Part shown: one piece after another, positions 50,119-59,449 of the stretch | Numbering within the stretch: position 1 is the first letter of the stretch | Layout of the letters: each line of letters opens with the position of its first letter | Source: an uncultured delta proteobacterium | Lineage (GTDB): Bacteria; Desulfobacterota; Binatia; Binatales; Binataceae | Direction: 5' to 3' | DNA length: 64,000 nt | Assembly (NCBI GenBank): GCA_963765675.1 | Contig: CAVXXK010000001.1 | Span: 1,504,001-1,568,000 of the forward strand | Made by a program: the position numbers and the translations under genes | The notes under the pieces: model-generated | Databases searched by the model: none | Told to the model about the DNA's origin: nothing | Seen by the model: the letters and a program-made list of their open reading frames with translations, nothing else

Positions 50119-50631
50119 CTATTTCAGCAGCTTCTTCAGGTCCTTGAGCAGGAGAAACAGGTGAAGCGGGTCGGTTGGGCTTGGCTCGAAATCGAATTGC
50201 TCGTACCAGCGGCGCGCATTCTCATCCTTTGCATGTACGACCAGACCGCGAATTCCTGCAATGTCCGCAGCCTGCGCCGTGCGCAGTAAGGCGTCCTTGA
50301 GAAGAGCTTTGCCTATGCCGGTTCCTTGCTCAGAGACATCCACGGCCAATCTGGCCAGTATCATCACGGGGATCGGATGCCGCGCGAGGCCCTTGACCGC
50401 GCGCGGAGGCGACTTCTCAGACTGAACGGAACCGACCGCGAGACTGTAGTAGCCGACGACGCGGCTCGCACGGCAGGTGACGTATGTCTGCGTGGCGTTG
50501 GCGGCCTGATTTGCCAGGGCGAATTTCTTTAGAAATCGGTCTAGCTCTTCTCGTCCGCAGTTGAACAGGTCGGCGATGTCTTGCGCGGTGAGCTTATGGA
50601 CCGGCGAGATCGCTTCGGAGGCACCGGTCAC
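50119..50631 (-). CDS. GNAT toxin (TacT/AtaT-like tRNA acetyltransferase)
   Basis: FNCG..ELD.FL, VVGYYSL, LARLAVD..QGTGIGK.LL and A..WY..F.F. GTGA overlap with the antitoxin stop. Confidence 0.88.
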   Translation of the reverse strand: MTGASEAISPVHKLTAQDIADLFNCGREELDRFLKKFALANQAANATQTYVTCRASRVVGYYSLAVGSVQSEKSPPRAVKGLARHPIPVMILARLAVDVSEQGTGIGKALLKDALLRTAQAADIAGIRGLVVHAKDENARRWYEQFDFEPSPTDPLHLFLLLKDLKKLLK

Positions 50632-50903
50632 TCAAGGGCACTCCGCTCGGCGAGCAATCGGGCAAGCCCGGGCTTTACTCGGGCAGGACGATCCAGGATT
50701 TTCACAAAAGCGTTCCATCGCCGTTTGTCGAGCACGAACGAGCGCCGGTCTTCCAGAGTCTCGGCCGCCGCAGTCAGGCCGGCGTCCAGGAGAAACTGAC
50801 TCACCGTCTTATTTGCCTGCGTCGCCGCCATCTGCAACGTGCCCTTGGCGGCGGAGCTGACCCGCACGTCGATACGCTCTGTTTTCGAAACTGCCGCTGG
50901 CAT
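50628..50903 (-). CDS. DUF1778 ribbon-helix-helix antitoxin (TacA/AtaR-like)
   Basis: KTERIDVRV...AA....TVSQFLL..., W.AF...LDRP and L.RLL. Confidence 0.88.
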   Translation of the reverse strand: MPAAVSKTERIDVRVSSAAKGTLQMAATQANKTVSQFLLDAGLTAAAETLEDRRSFVLDKRRWNAFVKILDRPARVKPGLARLLAERSALE

Positions 50904-50923
50904 CGGAAAGCCACCTCGTAGTT

Positions 50924-50952
50924 TTTATAACATCCGGACATTGTCCGGACAA
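50924..50952 (-). promoter_or_regulatory. Putative TA promoter -10 box and palindromic operator
   Basis: TCCGGACA-T-TGTCCGGA (50933-50949) lies immediately upstream of a minus-strand TATAAA (50929-50924). Confidence 0.6.
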
Positions 50953-50979
50953 GAACTTCTCAGGGCTCCGAGATGCACT

Positions 50980-51504
50980 TTAGTCGGGGATAGCCGCGCG
51001 GGTGCGCTCGAAGGCGGCGAGTCCGGCAGCGTCGAACAGGACGAATTCGACGCGCTCGATGCTTGTGAGGCCGCGAAGATGCTCGCGAACCTCGTCGAGC
51101 ATGACGCGGGCGCATCGATCGATCGGGAACCCGGCGATTCCCGTCCCGATTGCCGGAAACGCGATCGACTTGAGTCCCTTTTCGTTTGCGCGCTTGAGCG
51201 AATTGCGCGTCGCCGCGCGCAGGTGCGCTTCAGTCGTGCTGCCGCCCAGGCGCATGCTCGCGGCGTGAATCACGAATTTTGACGGCAGACGTCCGGCGCC
51301 GGTAATTGCCGCCTCGCCGATCGCGATCGGTCCGAGGCGGTCGCATTCCTCCTGAATCGCCGGACCGCCCTTGCTTCTGATCGCTCCCGCGACGCCGCCG
51401 CCAAGTAACAGATCGTTGTTGGCGGCGTTCACGATCGCGTCGGTCCTGGCTTCGGTCAGATCGCCCTGGCGGAGTTTCACCCTGCCGCGCCATCCTGTTC
51501 CCAT
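50980..51504 (-). CDS. Macro domain protein (YmdB-like ADP-ribose hydrolase)
   Basis: GDLT, DAIVNAAN..L.GGGVAGAI, VIHA and AFPAIGTG. Confidence 0.92.
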   Translation of the reverse strand: MGTGWRGRVKLRQGDLTEARTDAIVNAANNDLLLGGGVAGAIRSKGGPAIQEECDRLGPIAIGEAAITGAGRLPSKFVIHAASMRLGGSTTEAHLRAATRNSLKRANEKGLKSIAFPAIGTGIAGFPIDRCARVMLDEVREHLRGLTSIERVEFVLFDAAGLAAFERTRAAIPD

Positions 51505-51599
51505 CGGAAAACCTCCATCGCGATGCGCCGCGAGTGCGCACCACTTCTGCTATTATCTCGCCATCCGCGATGATCCAAAGGCGGGCGGCGGTTTATGCG

Positions 51600-53162
51600 A
51601 TGAGGCGGGGCAGGGCGCGGTCGGGTGCGATTGCAGTTGCGCTATGCGCGATTGCTGCGAGCGCGTGCGCGCGGCCGGCGCAGGAGCGGATTCCCGGACG
51701 AATCCAGGTCGATATCGAAAGTTCGCCGACTTCCACCGACCCGCGCTTCGCGACCGACGCGATTTCATCGCGCGTGAACGAATTGGTCTTCGATTCCCTG
51801 GTCAAGATTTCGCGCGAGGGCGAGTTCGTCGGCGATCTTGCCGAAAGTATCGAGCGGCCCGACCCGACGACGCTCGTCTTTCATTTGAAGCACGGAGTTC
51901 GCTTCAGCAATGGCCGCGAGCTCACCGCGAGCGACGTAAAGTTCACCTACGATTCGATTCTCGCGCCGGCCTCGATGTCGGCCAAGCGCGCCGGGATGGT
52001 CGAGCTTGCGTCGGTCACCGCACCCGACGACTACACCCTCACGATGACGACGCGGCATCCGTACGCGCCGGCCCTGGAAATCGCGATGCAGGGAGTCGTG
52101 CCGGCCGGCACTCCTCTGCCGGCAAAAAGCGCCTCGGCAGGGCCGCCCGGGACCGGGCCGTTTGAGATGCGCTCGTACCGGCGCGACGAATCTGTGACGC
52201 TCGCGCGAAATCCCTACCGCGCCGCTGCGCCTGCCACCGCACGCGAAATTCTGTTCAAGGTGGTTCCCGATCCGACGGTGCGCGCGCTCGAACTGGCCGA
52301 AGGTATCTGCGACCTTTCCGAAAATAATCTCGAAGCTACCGTTCTGCCGTGGCTGGCGAGCCATAAGACGCTGGAAATCAGCAATACAGCCGGAACAACG
52401 TACAAATATCTGGCGTTCAATTTCCGCGATCCGCGCCTGCGCGATCTGCGTGTGCGGCGCGCGATCGCATACTCAATCGACCGCGCAGCAATAGTCAGTT
52501 CGATGCTGCATGGAACCGCGCGTATTGCGACTGGGATGCTCACGCCCGAGAGTTGGGCGTACGACGGCGACGTTGCGACCTATGGCTACGATCCTGCCGC
52601 CGCGCGCCGCCTGCTCGACGAGGCCGGCTACCGCGCCGACGCTCGCGGGATGCGCGATCTGCGCTTCGAGTACAAAACCACGCCCGAGGGCGCGCGCCTG
52701 GCCGAAGTTTTTCAAGCGATGCTCAAGCGGGTTGGAATCCGGCTCGACATTCGCACGCTCGAATGGGCGACGTACTACGGCGACATCCAGCGCGGCGAAT
52801 TCGAGTTGACCTCGCTGCAGTGGGTCGGAATTGAGGATCCGAATTATTACTACATGGTATTTGATTCCGCGATGGCACCGCCGCATGGCAGCACCAATCG
52901 CGGCTACTATTCGAATCCTGAAATGGATGCGCTGGTGGAGGCGGGCCAGCGGACGATCGATCCAACCGCGCGCAAGAAAATTTACGCGAGCGTGCAAAAG
53001 CTCGCCGCCGATGATTTGCCCTACGTCTCGCTGTGGTGGGTCAACACCGTTGCGGTTCTCAACCGGGACCTGAATGGTTTCGACCCCTATCCTAACGGAA
53101 GCTTGCGCTCGCTCGCGCGAATAACACTCGCCGAGCCCGGCGGCGCGGAGCCGGCGCAATGA
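51600..53162 (+). CDS. Peptide/nickel ABC transporter substrate-binding lipoprotein
   Basis: Lipobox ASAC, F.NG.ELTA.DVKFT, GTGPF and VRRAIAY.IDR. Confidence 0.9.
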   Translation: MRRGRARSGAIAVALCAIAASACARPAQERIPGRIQVDIESSPTSTDPRFATDAISSRVNELVFDSLVKISREGEFVGDLAESIERPDPTTLVFHLKHGVRFSNGRELTASDVKFTYDSILAPASMSAKRAGMVELASVTAPDDYTLTMTTRHPYAPALEIAMQGVVPAGTPLPAKSASAGPPGTGPFEMRSYRRDESVTLARNPYRAAAPATAREILFKVVPDPTVRALELAEGICDLSENNLEATVLPWLASHKTLEISNTAGTTYKYLAFNFRDPRLRDLRVRRAIAYSIDRAAIVSSMLHGTARIATGMLTPESWAYDGDVATYGYDPAAARRLLDEAGYRADARGMRDLRFEYKTTPEGARLAEVFQAMLKRVGIRLDIRTLEWATYYGDIQRGEFELTSLQWVGIEDPNYYYMVFDSAMAPPHGSTNRGYYSNPEMDALVEAGQRTIDPTARKKIYASVQKLAADDLPYVSLWWVNTVAVLNRDLNGFDPYPNGSLRSLARITLAEPGGAEPAQ

Positions 53163-54079
53163 TCCGTTACCTGGCTCGCAGGATGCTCGCGCTGATTCCG
53201 GTCGCGCTCGGCGTCGCGACGCTGACCTTTGCGCTGATCCATCTGGTACCCGGCGATCCGGTGGTCGCGATGCTTGGCGATACCGCCGCGCCCGCGGACC
53301 TCGCGGGGATGCGCCATCAGCTCGGCCTCGATCGCCCAATCGCCGCGCAGTACGCGTCGTTCATCACCGGCCTGGCGCACGGCGACCTTGGTGAATCGAT
53401 TTCCTATCACCAACCCGTAGCACGCCTGATCGCAGAGCGATTTCCGGCGACACTCGAGCTAGCGGGCGCGGGCCTGCTGGTCGCGATTCTGATTGCCTTT
53501 CCTCTCGGATTCATCGCCGGTGCGAAACCCGGCAGCGTCGGCGACGTCGGCGCGATGGGCTTCGCGATTCTCGGTATCTCGGTGCCGCACATCTACCTCG
53601 GCCCGCTGCTGATGATTCTGTTCTCGCTCGACCTGCGATGGTTCCCGCTGACCGGACGCGGCGGTCTTGCGCATCTGGTATTGCCCGCCGTTACGCTCGG
53701 GACCGCGCTCGCCGCGATCATCGCGCGGATGCTGCGCCAGAGCCTGATCGCGGTGGGCGCGAGCGACTATATGCGCACCGCGCTCAGCAAGGGGCTCAGT
53801 CCCACGGCCGCGCTTTTGCGCCACGGGCTTCGCAATGCGATGACCTCGGTAATCACGCTGCTCGGTCTCGAACTCGGAGGATTGCTCACCGGCGCACTGA
53901 TCGTCGAGATGATTTTTTCCTGGCCGGGGCTGGGCCGGATGCTGATAGCCGCGATCAGCGCGCGCGATTATCCGCTGGTCGAAGGGTGTGTTCTCACCTT
54001 CGCGCTGACCTACGTCGTGGTAAACATGGCGACTGACTTCGTCTATGCGCTGGTCGATCCGCGCGTGAGTCTCAAGTGA
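53159..54079 (+). CDS. Peptide/nickel ABC permease (DppB-like)
   Basis: PGDP, GDLGES, YMRTA.SKG and RDYP. Confidence 0.9.
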   Translation: MIRYLARRMLALIPVALGVATLTFALIHLVPGDPVVAMLGDTAAPADLAGMRHQLGLDRPIAAQYASFITGLAHGDLGESISYHQPVARLIAERFPATLELAGAGLLVAILIAFPLGFIAGAKPGSVGDVGAMGFAILGISVPHIYLGPLLMILFSLDLRWFPLTGRGGLAHLVLPAVTLGTALAAIIARMLRQSLIAVGASDYMRTALSKGLSPTAALLRHGLRNAMTSVITLLGLELGGLLTGALIVEMIFSWPGLGRMLIAAISARDYPLVEGCVLTFALTYVVVNMATDFVYALVDPRVSLK

Positions 54080-54888
54080 AGGGCATGGGTAAAAGCCCAT
54101 CACTGGCGGTCGGCGGCGCGATCGTCGTGATACTCATTGGCGCCGCGCTATTCGGTCCAGCATTGGCGCATCGCGATCCGCTCGCGGTCGATCTCGCGAG
54201 TGCGCTCGCCGCCCCGAGCCTCGCGCATCCTTTTGGATGCGACGCCCTGGGGCGCGACGTCTTTGCGCGCGTGATGTGGGGAGCGCGGCTTTCGCTCGGA
54301 GTGTCGGTCTCGGTAGTTTTCTTTTCGCTGGTCGTTGGTGGATTGATCGGCGGCGCGGCGGGCCTGGCGGGCGGGCGTATCGACAACCTGGTGATGCGCG
54401 CGGTCGATATCGTGCTCGCATTTCCAGGAATCCTGCTCGCGATCGCGATGGCCGCGATTCTCGGCCCGGGTCTGATCGATCTCGTGATCGCGTTGACCGC
54501 GATGGGATGGACCGGATACGCGCGCGTGGTCCGCGGCGAAGTGCTCTCCCTGCGCGAGCGCGAATACGTCCACGCCGCCAACGCGCTCGGCGCCCGCCCG
54601 GCGCGCGTCCTCCTGCGTCACATGCTGCCGGCGGTTGCAGGCCCGGTTGCAGTTCAGGCGACATTTGGAATCGGCGGGATAATCGGCGCTGAAGCGGCGC
54701 TGTCGTTTCTTGGGCTCGGCGCGCTTCCTCCAACGCCAAGCTGGGGCAACATGCTCGACGCCGGCCGCGAGTTCCTGTTGATCGCCCCGCATCTGACGAC
54801 GGCGCCGGGCGTCGCAATCGGCCTCGCAATCCTCGGCTTCAACCTCCTCGGCGACGGATTAGCCGCTCTAGCCGGCCGCTCCGGCTGA
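54076..54888 (+). CDS. Peptide/nickel ABC permease (DppC-like)
   Basis: HPFGCDALGRDV, EYV.AA.ALGA, LSFLGLG..PPTPSWG and FNLLGDGL. Confidence 0.9.
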   Translation: MKGMGKSPSLAVGGAIVVILIGAALFGPALAHRDPLAVDLASALAAPSLAHPFGCDALGRDVFARVMWGARLSLGVSVSVVFFSLVVGGLIGGAAGLAGGRIDNLVMRAVDIVLAFPGILLAIAMAAILGPGLIDLVIALTAMGWTGYARVVRGEVLSLREREYVHAANALGARPARVLLRHMLPAVAGPVAVQATFGIGGIIGAEAALSFLGLGALPPTPSWGNMLDAGREFLLIAPHLTTAPGVAIGLAILGFNLLGDGLAALAGRSG

Positions 54889-54912
54889 TTCAGGCCCTGC
54901 TCGTTTCTGAGG

Positions 54913-55226
54913 GATGACGCTTCGCGTCAGCGGGCGGGCCGCCCGCCACTACTATTGGAAAGAGGCAGTCGATAAAAAACAGACAGTCGATGGAGGAATT
55001 CTGTCCGTCATCCTGAGCCGCAGGCGAAGGATCTCCGCGAAGCGATTGGTGCGCACAGCCCGGGTTGGTTGCACTAATCGCTTCGCGGAGATCCTTCATG
55101 GAGCCTGCCCCGAGCAATGTCGAAGGGGCAACCTCCGTTCAGGACGACAACCAAGGGTTCTGTTGCTGAGAATCTTTTTCCGCCAGTAGCCACGGGCGGC
55201 CCGCCCGCCGACGCGGAGCGTCAATC
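54913..55226. repeat. Nested palindromic REP/MITE-like element
   Basis: Imperfect outer inverted repeats of about 50 bp (54913-54964 and 55174-55226) enclose GTCATCCTGAGC...GAAGGATCTCCGCGAAGCGATTGGTGC / GCACTAATCGCTTCGCGGAGATCCTTC...GTTCAGGACGAC. Confidence 0.75.
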
Positions 55227-55361
55227 TTCGATCGCGCACGGCGTGGTTTGCAAAATTTCTGTGCGCGTCGCAGCCGCGCAATCGACAGCGTGCGCATATG
55301 TGAAACTTCGTGCTAGACGTTCATCGTGTGGGATATCTGAGAATCGGTAAGTAGCGAAACG

Positions 55362-56372
55362 ATGGAAAAGCAGGAACTGATAGAGCGCCTGGCGCGGTTC
55401 ATTTGCGACCAAGGCGGCTTCGCAAAAGTTGAAATCGAGAACTTCCTTCGCATGGCCGGCGGCGCGTCACGCGAGATTTGGTCATTCGACGCGGTGCTCG
55501 AAAAAAACGGCGCGAAGACGACTCGCGGACTGGTGCTGCGCCGCGACCCCGGCGAGCACAAGATCGACACGAACAGGAAGGCGGAATTCCTGGTGCTGCG
55601 CGCCGCGTTTCGCGAAGGTGTGCCAGTGCCGGAAGTGCTGTGGGTTAGCGATGATCCTGCCGTCCTCGGTGCTGCGTTCTTTGTCATGGAGCGCGTCGAA
55701 GGCGAGACCCTGGCGCGACGCTTACTACGCGACGCGGAGTACGCGCGGGCGCGCGAAGCGATGCCGGCGCAGCTAGCGCAGATTCTCGCGAAGATTCACC
55801 GCATCGATCCGAAAAAGCATCAACTCGACTTCCTGGCGCCGCCGGGCGAGAACGCGGCGCTTGCCGAAGTGCTCCGCTACGAGGAAAATTTTCGCCGGCT
55901 CGCGCTCGAACCGCATCCCGCGTTCGAGCTGGCATTCAGATGGCTACTCAGCCGGATTCCGAAGACGCCGCGCCAGACGCTGGTGCATGGCGACTATCGG
56001 ATCGGCAACGTGATCTTCGGACCCGACGGTGTCCGCTCGATCCTGGACTGGGAGCTGGCGCATCTGGGCGATCCGATGGAGGACGTAGGCTGGATGTGCG
56101 TGCGAGCGTGGCGTTTCGGCAACGATCGCAAACCGGTCGGTGGCCTCGGCTCGCGCGAGGATTTCTTTGCGGCATACGAAAAAGCCAGCGGCGCGCCGGT
56201 CGATCCGGAAGCGGCGCGCTTCTGGGAAGTGTTCGGCAACCTGCGCTGGGGGATTATCACGATCAGCCAGGCGCGCACGCATATCGACGGTTTCGTCAAG
56301 AGCGTCGAGCTTGCAAGTATCGGACGCCGGACCGCGGAAACCGAACTCGAGCTGCTCAACCTGATCGAATAA
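55362..56372 (+). CDS. APH-like phosphotransferase (LvaA / ACAD10-11 kinase-domain-like)
   Basis: GGASRE, LVLRR, VHGDYRIGN and LDWELAHLGDP.ED. Confidence 0.88.
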   Translation: MEKQELIERLARFICDQGGFAKVEIENFLRMAGGASREIWSFDAVLEKNGAKTTRGLVLRRDPGEHKIDTNRKAEFLVLRAAFREGVPVPEVLWVSDDPAVLGAAFFVMERVEGETLARRLLRDAEYARAREAMPAQLAQILAKIHRIDPKKHQLDFLAPPGENAALAEVLRYEENFRRLALEPHPAFELAFRWLLSRIPKTPRQTLVHGDYRIGNVIFGPDGVRSILDWELAHLGDPMEDVGWMCVRAWRFGNDRKPVGGLGSREDFFAAYEKASGAPVDPEAARFWEVFGNLRWGIITISQARTHIDGFVKSVELASIGRRTAETELELLNLIE

Positions 56373-56393
56373 CCACTGCGGAAGTATACTTAG

Positions 56394-56816
56394 ATGCAGG
56401 ATCGACCGAGCGCAATTGAATTACTCGAAGCCGCGGCGGATTTCGTCGACGGCGAGATCGTAACTGCGACTTCTGGCCGCGTGCAGTTCCAAAGCCGCGT
56501 GGTGGCCAACGTGATGCGGATCGTCGCGCGCGAGATTCGCAACGAGGACCCGTTCGCGCGCGCCGAGATGCGCTCGCTCGCTGCGCTGCTCAAGTGCGAA
56601 TCGCCGCACGTGCACGGACTCGACGACGTCCGCCGGGCCGCGGTCAAGCTCAACGAGGATTTGAGCGCGAAGATTCGCGCCGGCGAGGCTGACAGCGGCC
56701 CGTGGCGTTGCGAAGTGCTGGCCGCGGTGCGGCAGATCGTCGAGAACAAGCTCAGGATTGCGAATCCGCGCTACCTGGAGGCTGACCTCGCGATTCGCGC
56801 AGAACGGCCCGCCTGA
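56394..56816 (+). CDS. DUF6285 (LvaB-like) protein
   Basis: MQDRP.A.ELL.A, F..RV.AN...IV.RE and KL.IANP.Y. Adjacent to the APH kinase. Confidence 0.75.
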   Translation: MQDRPSAIELLEAAADFVDGEIVTATSGRVQFQSRVVANVMRIVAREIRNEDPFARAEMRSLAALLKCESPHVHGLDDVRRAAVKLNEDLSAKIRAGEADSGPWRCEVLAAVRQIVENKLRIANPRYLEADLAIRAERPA

Positions 56817-56879
56817 ACGGCTGTTAGGCTGAGCGAGCAGCCGCGTGGTAAAGAAAAGAATATCCAATTATCCACGGAG

Positions 56880-57896
56880 ATGACTTCGATGGCCGAACGA
56901 AAAGTAGTCCTGCTGGTGCAGGACGATCTGATGCACCCGAACACGGGCGAATCCAACTACAACGAAAGTGCTTACTACAACTTCTATGATCGCGAGCGGC
57001 ACGTTGGCGGTTTCGCGCGATTGGGCAATCGGGCCAACGAAGGCTACGCCGAAATGACGGTATGCTTTTATCTGCCCGACCATACCGTGGGCTTCATGTT
57101 CGGGCGTCCGAAAATCGAAAACAATCTTGCGCACGACGCGGGGGGACTGAAGTTTCAGGTGGTTAAGCCGTTCGAGCATCACCGCGTCACCTACCAGGGC
57201 AAATTATGCATACTCAAGAATCCGCTCGAGATGGCCGACCCCGCGGCAGCATTCAAGAGTAATCCATACGCCAAGGCGAACCTGGAAATTGACTATCGTG
57301 CGACCGCGCCCGGATGGGGCGGCGAGCTGCGTGAGAAATCCGGCGACGCGTGGGTCTCGATCCGCAACGACGGGGATGCCGAGGCGCAGTTCGCCAAGGG
57401 CCATCTCGAACAGCTCGGCCATGCTACAGGCCGCCTGGTTATCGGCGAGAGTGAATACAAGATCGACGGACTCGGGCTACGCGATCATAGTTGGGGGCCG
57501 CGCTATTGGCAGGCGCCGAAATATTATCGCTGGCTCACGATGAACTTCGACGAAGGTTTGGGCGCGATGGCGACCATCACAGTCAATCGCGACGGCAGCG
57601 AGCGCCCGGGCGGATTCATCGCACGCAAAGGCCAGCCATTTGTGCATATCCACAAAGTTGACGTGCAAACCGAATTCACCGGCGAGCAGCAGCTTCATGA
57701 TCGATTGCGCGTCACCGCGTGGACGACGGAAAGCGCCGAGCCGATCGTGATCACCGGCAAAGTGATCGGGATGATCCCGCTGCGCAACCGGCGCGCCGGA
57801 ATGATCACGCGAATCGCCGAAGGCATGACCGAATGGCGCTGGGGCGACAAGGTCGGCTACGGCCTTGCTGAGTACCTCGACCACTTCGACGAATAG
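56880..57896 (+). CDS. Beta-rich hypothetical protein (AttH/tocopherol-cyclase-like fold)
   Basis: NESAYYNF, H.EQ.G...G and G.RDHSWGPR.W motifs. Confidence 0.65.
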   Translation: MTSMAERKVVLLVQDDLMHPNTGESNYNESAYYNFYDRERHVGGFARLGNRANEGYAEMTVCFYLPDHTVGFMFGRPKIENNLAHDAGGLKFQVVKPFEHHRVTYQGKLCILKNPLEMADPAAAFKSNPYAKANLEIDYRATAPGWGGELREKSGDAWVSIRNDGDAEAQFAKGHLEQLGHATGRLVIGESEYKIDGLGLRDHSWGPRYWQAPKYYRWLTMNFDEGLGAMATITVNRDGSERPGGFIARKGQPFVHIHKVDVQTEFTGEQQLHDRLRVTAWTTESAEPIVITGKVIGMIPLRNRRAGMITRIAEGMTEWRWGDKVGYGLAEYLDHFDE

Positions 57897-57909
57897 CAGC
57901 TCGCACTGA

Positions 57910-58944
57910 TTAGTTGATTTTCTTCAGCGCGGCCAGGCTTTTGCGATAGGGCGCTCGCGCGATGCCGCGTTCGGTGATGATTGCGCTGACCAGCCCGGCG
58001 GGAGTGACATCGAACGCAGGATTGAAGGCGCCAACTCCTCCAGGTGCTACCCGCTTGCCGGCGAATTCGGTGACCTCGCTCTGCGCGCGCTCTTCGATCG
58101 GAATATCAGCGCCCGAGCGGCAATTCAGATCGATCGAAGAAAGCGGTGCGGCTACGTAAAACGGCACGCCGTGGCGCCGCGCCATCACCGCCAGAGGATA
58201 GGTTCCGATCTTGTTGGCGACGTCGCCATTAGCCGCCGTACGATCGGTGCCGACGATTACGCAGCTCACGCCGCCGCGCGACAAGACCGTCGCCGCCATG
58301 TTATCGGCGATGACGGTGACCGGGATGTGGTCCTTGTGCAGCTCCCACGCGGTCAAGCGCGAGCCTTGCAGAAACGGGCGAGTCTCGTCGGCGAACACCC
58401 GGATTTCCTTGCCCGAATCCCGCGCCGCCCTAATCACGCCCAGCGCGGTGCCGTAGCCCGCGGTGGCGAGCGCGCCTGCGTTGCAGTGAGTCAGGACCAC
58501 CGAGGGATCCTCGAGCAGCGCGGCGCCGTGGCGGCCGAGCGCGCGATTGACGGCCAGGTCTTCGTTGTAGATTGCGATTGCTTCGTCGCGCATCCGGCGA
58601 AAGAGTTTGTCGCTGTCGAGTGACAGATTAGCGTTCAGCACCGTGCGCATCCTCTCGATCGCCCAGGCGAGGTTGACCGCCGTGGGCCGCGTGGCCCGCA
58701 ACGTTTCCGAAACGCTCTCGAAGCGCTTGAGTGCGGCGCGCGCGCTTACTCCTTTCATTCCGAGCGCAATACCCATCGCCGCGGCAACACCGATCGCGGG
58801 AGCCCCGCGAATTACCATCGTGCGAATAGCTTCGGCGATTCCGCGATAGTCACGGTAAGTGCGTATCACTTCGCGCCCGGGAAGCAGGCGCTGGTCGATC
58901 ATGCGTACCGTATCAGCACGCCATTCAATCGTTTTTACGGTCAT
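57910..58944 (-). CDS. mtnA: S-methyl-5-thioribose-1-phosphate isomerase
   Basis: DQRLLP, IRGAPAIG, RPTAVNL, LTHCNAGALAT, ETRP..QG and NGDVANKIGT. Confidence 0.95.
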   Translation of the reverse strand: MTVKTIEWRADTVRMIDQRLLPGREVIRTYRDYRGIAEAIRTMVIRGAPAIGVAAAMGIALGMKGVSARAALKRFESVSETLRATRPTAVNLAWAIERMRTVLNANLSLDSDKLFRRMRDEAIAIYNEDLAVNRALGRHGAALLEDPSVVLTHCNAGALATAGYGTALGVIRAARDSGKEIRVFADETRPFLQGSRLTAWELHKDHIPVTVIADNMAATVLSRGGVSCVIVGTDRTAANGDVANKIGTYPLAVMARRHGVPFYVAAPLSSIDLNCRSGADIPIEERAQSEVTEFAGKRVAPGGVGAFNPAFDVTPAGLVSAIITERGIARAPYRKSLAALKKIN

Positions 58945-59041
58945 CAACCGCTACTCAAATAGAAAATACGTTTGCTGCCCGTTTTCCGGACAGCAAACGT
59001 TTGCGAAGAACTGAGATGATGAAGGGTGCGGCCGCGAGTGG

Positions 59042-59449
59042 TTAGACGCGCTCGTAGACTCCGCGCGATTTGCGCTTGGCCACGCCGCCCTCGATCCATC
59101 GCGTAATCGCGGCGAAGATCTCCGACGGGCGTTTGCCTTTTAGTCCACGCACTCCGCGCACGTCTGCGGCTTTGAACTGTTTGGGCAACTGACCCAATAT
59201 CTCTTTCCAATTGATTCGGCCGCCGCGTCCGCCGCGGCGAGCAGGCGCTTTCGCCTGTGCCCGTGCGACACCCACTCCCGCGCCGCCGCCGATCAGGCGG
59301 CTCAAGTTGGATTCTTCTGCCTGGAGGCGTTTGAGTTCCGCCTCATGAACCTGGATCTGCCGGTGCAGATCGCCCAATAAAGTACGGGCCTGACGCTGCA
59401 CCTGCTTCAATGCTGACGTAATACCGTCAGCGCTCTTCTTCCTCGGCAT
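59042..59449 (-). CDS. Small basic protein: coiled coil plus putative winged-helix domain
   Basis: 135 aa, K/R-rich, with a heptad-like N-terminus, an RRGGRGGR linker and a C-terminal W..G..KR..RGVY. GAGGAG RBS. Confidence 0.7.
   Translation of the reverse strand: MPRKKSADGITSALKQVQRQARTLLGDLHRQIQVHEAELKRLQAEESNLSRLIGGGAGVGVARAQAKAPARRGGRGGRINWKEILGQLPKQFKAADVRGVRGLKGKRPSEIFAAITRWIEGGVAKRKSRGVYERV

Noticed and set aside
51600-54888. ABC importer lacking ATPase genes as a novelty
   Set aside because: DppD/F-type ATPases are often encoded elsewhere in the genome.
54890-55412. Short ORFs or a CRISPR array in the repeat region
   Set aside because: The ORFs derive from palindromic repeats, and there are no regularly spaced direct repeats or cas genes.
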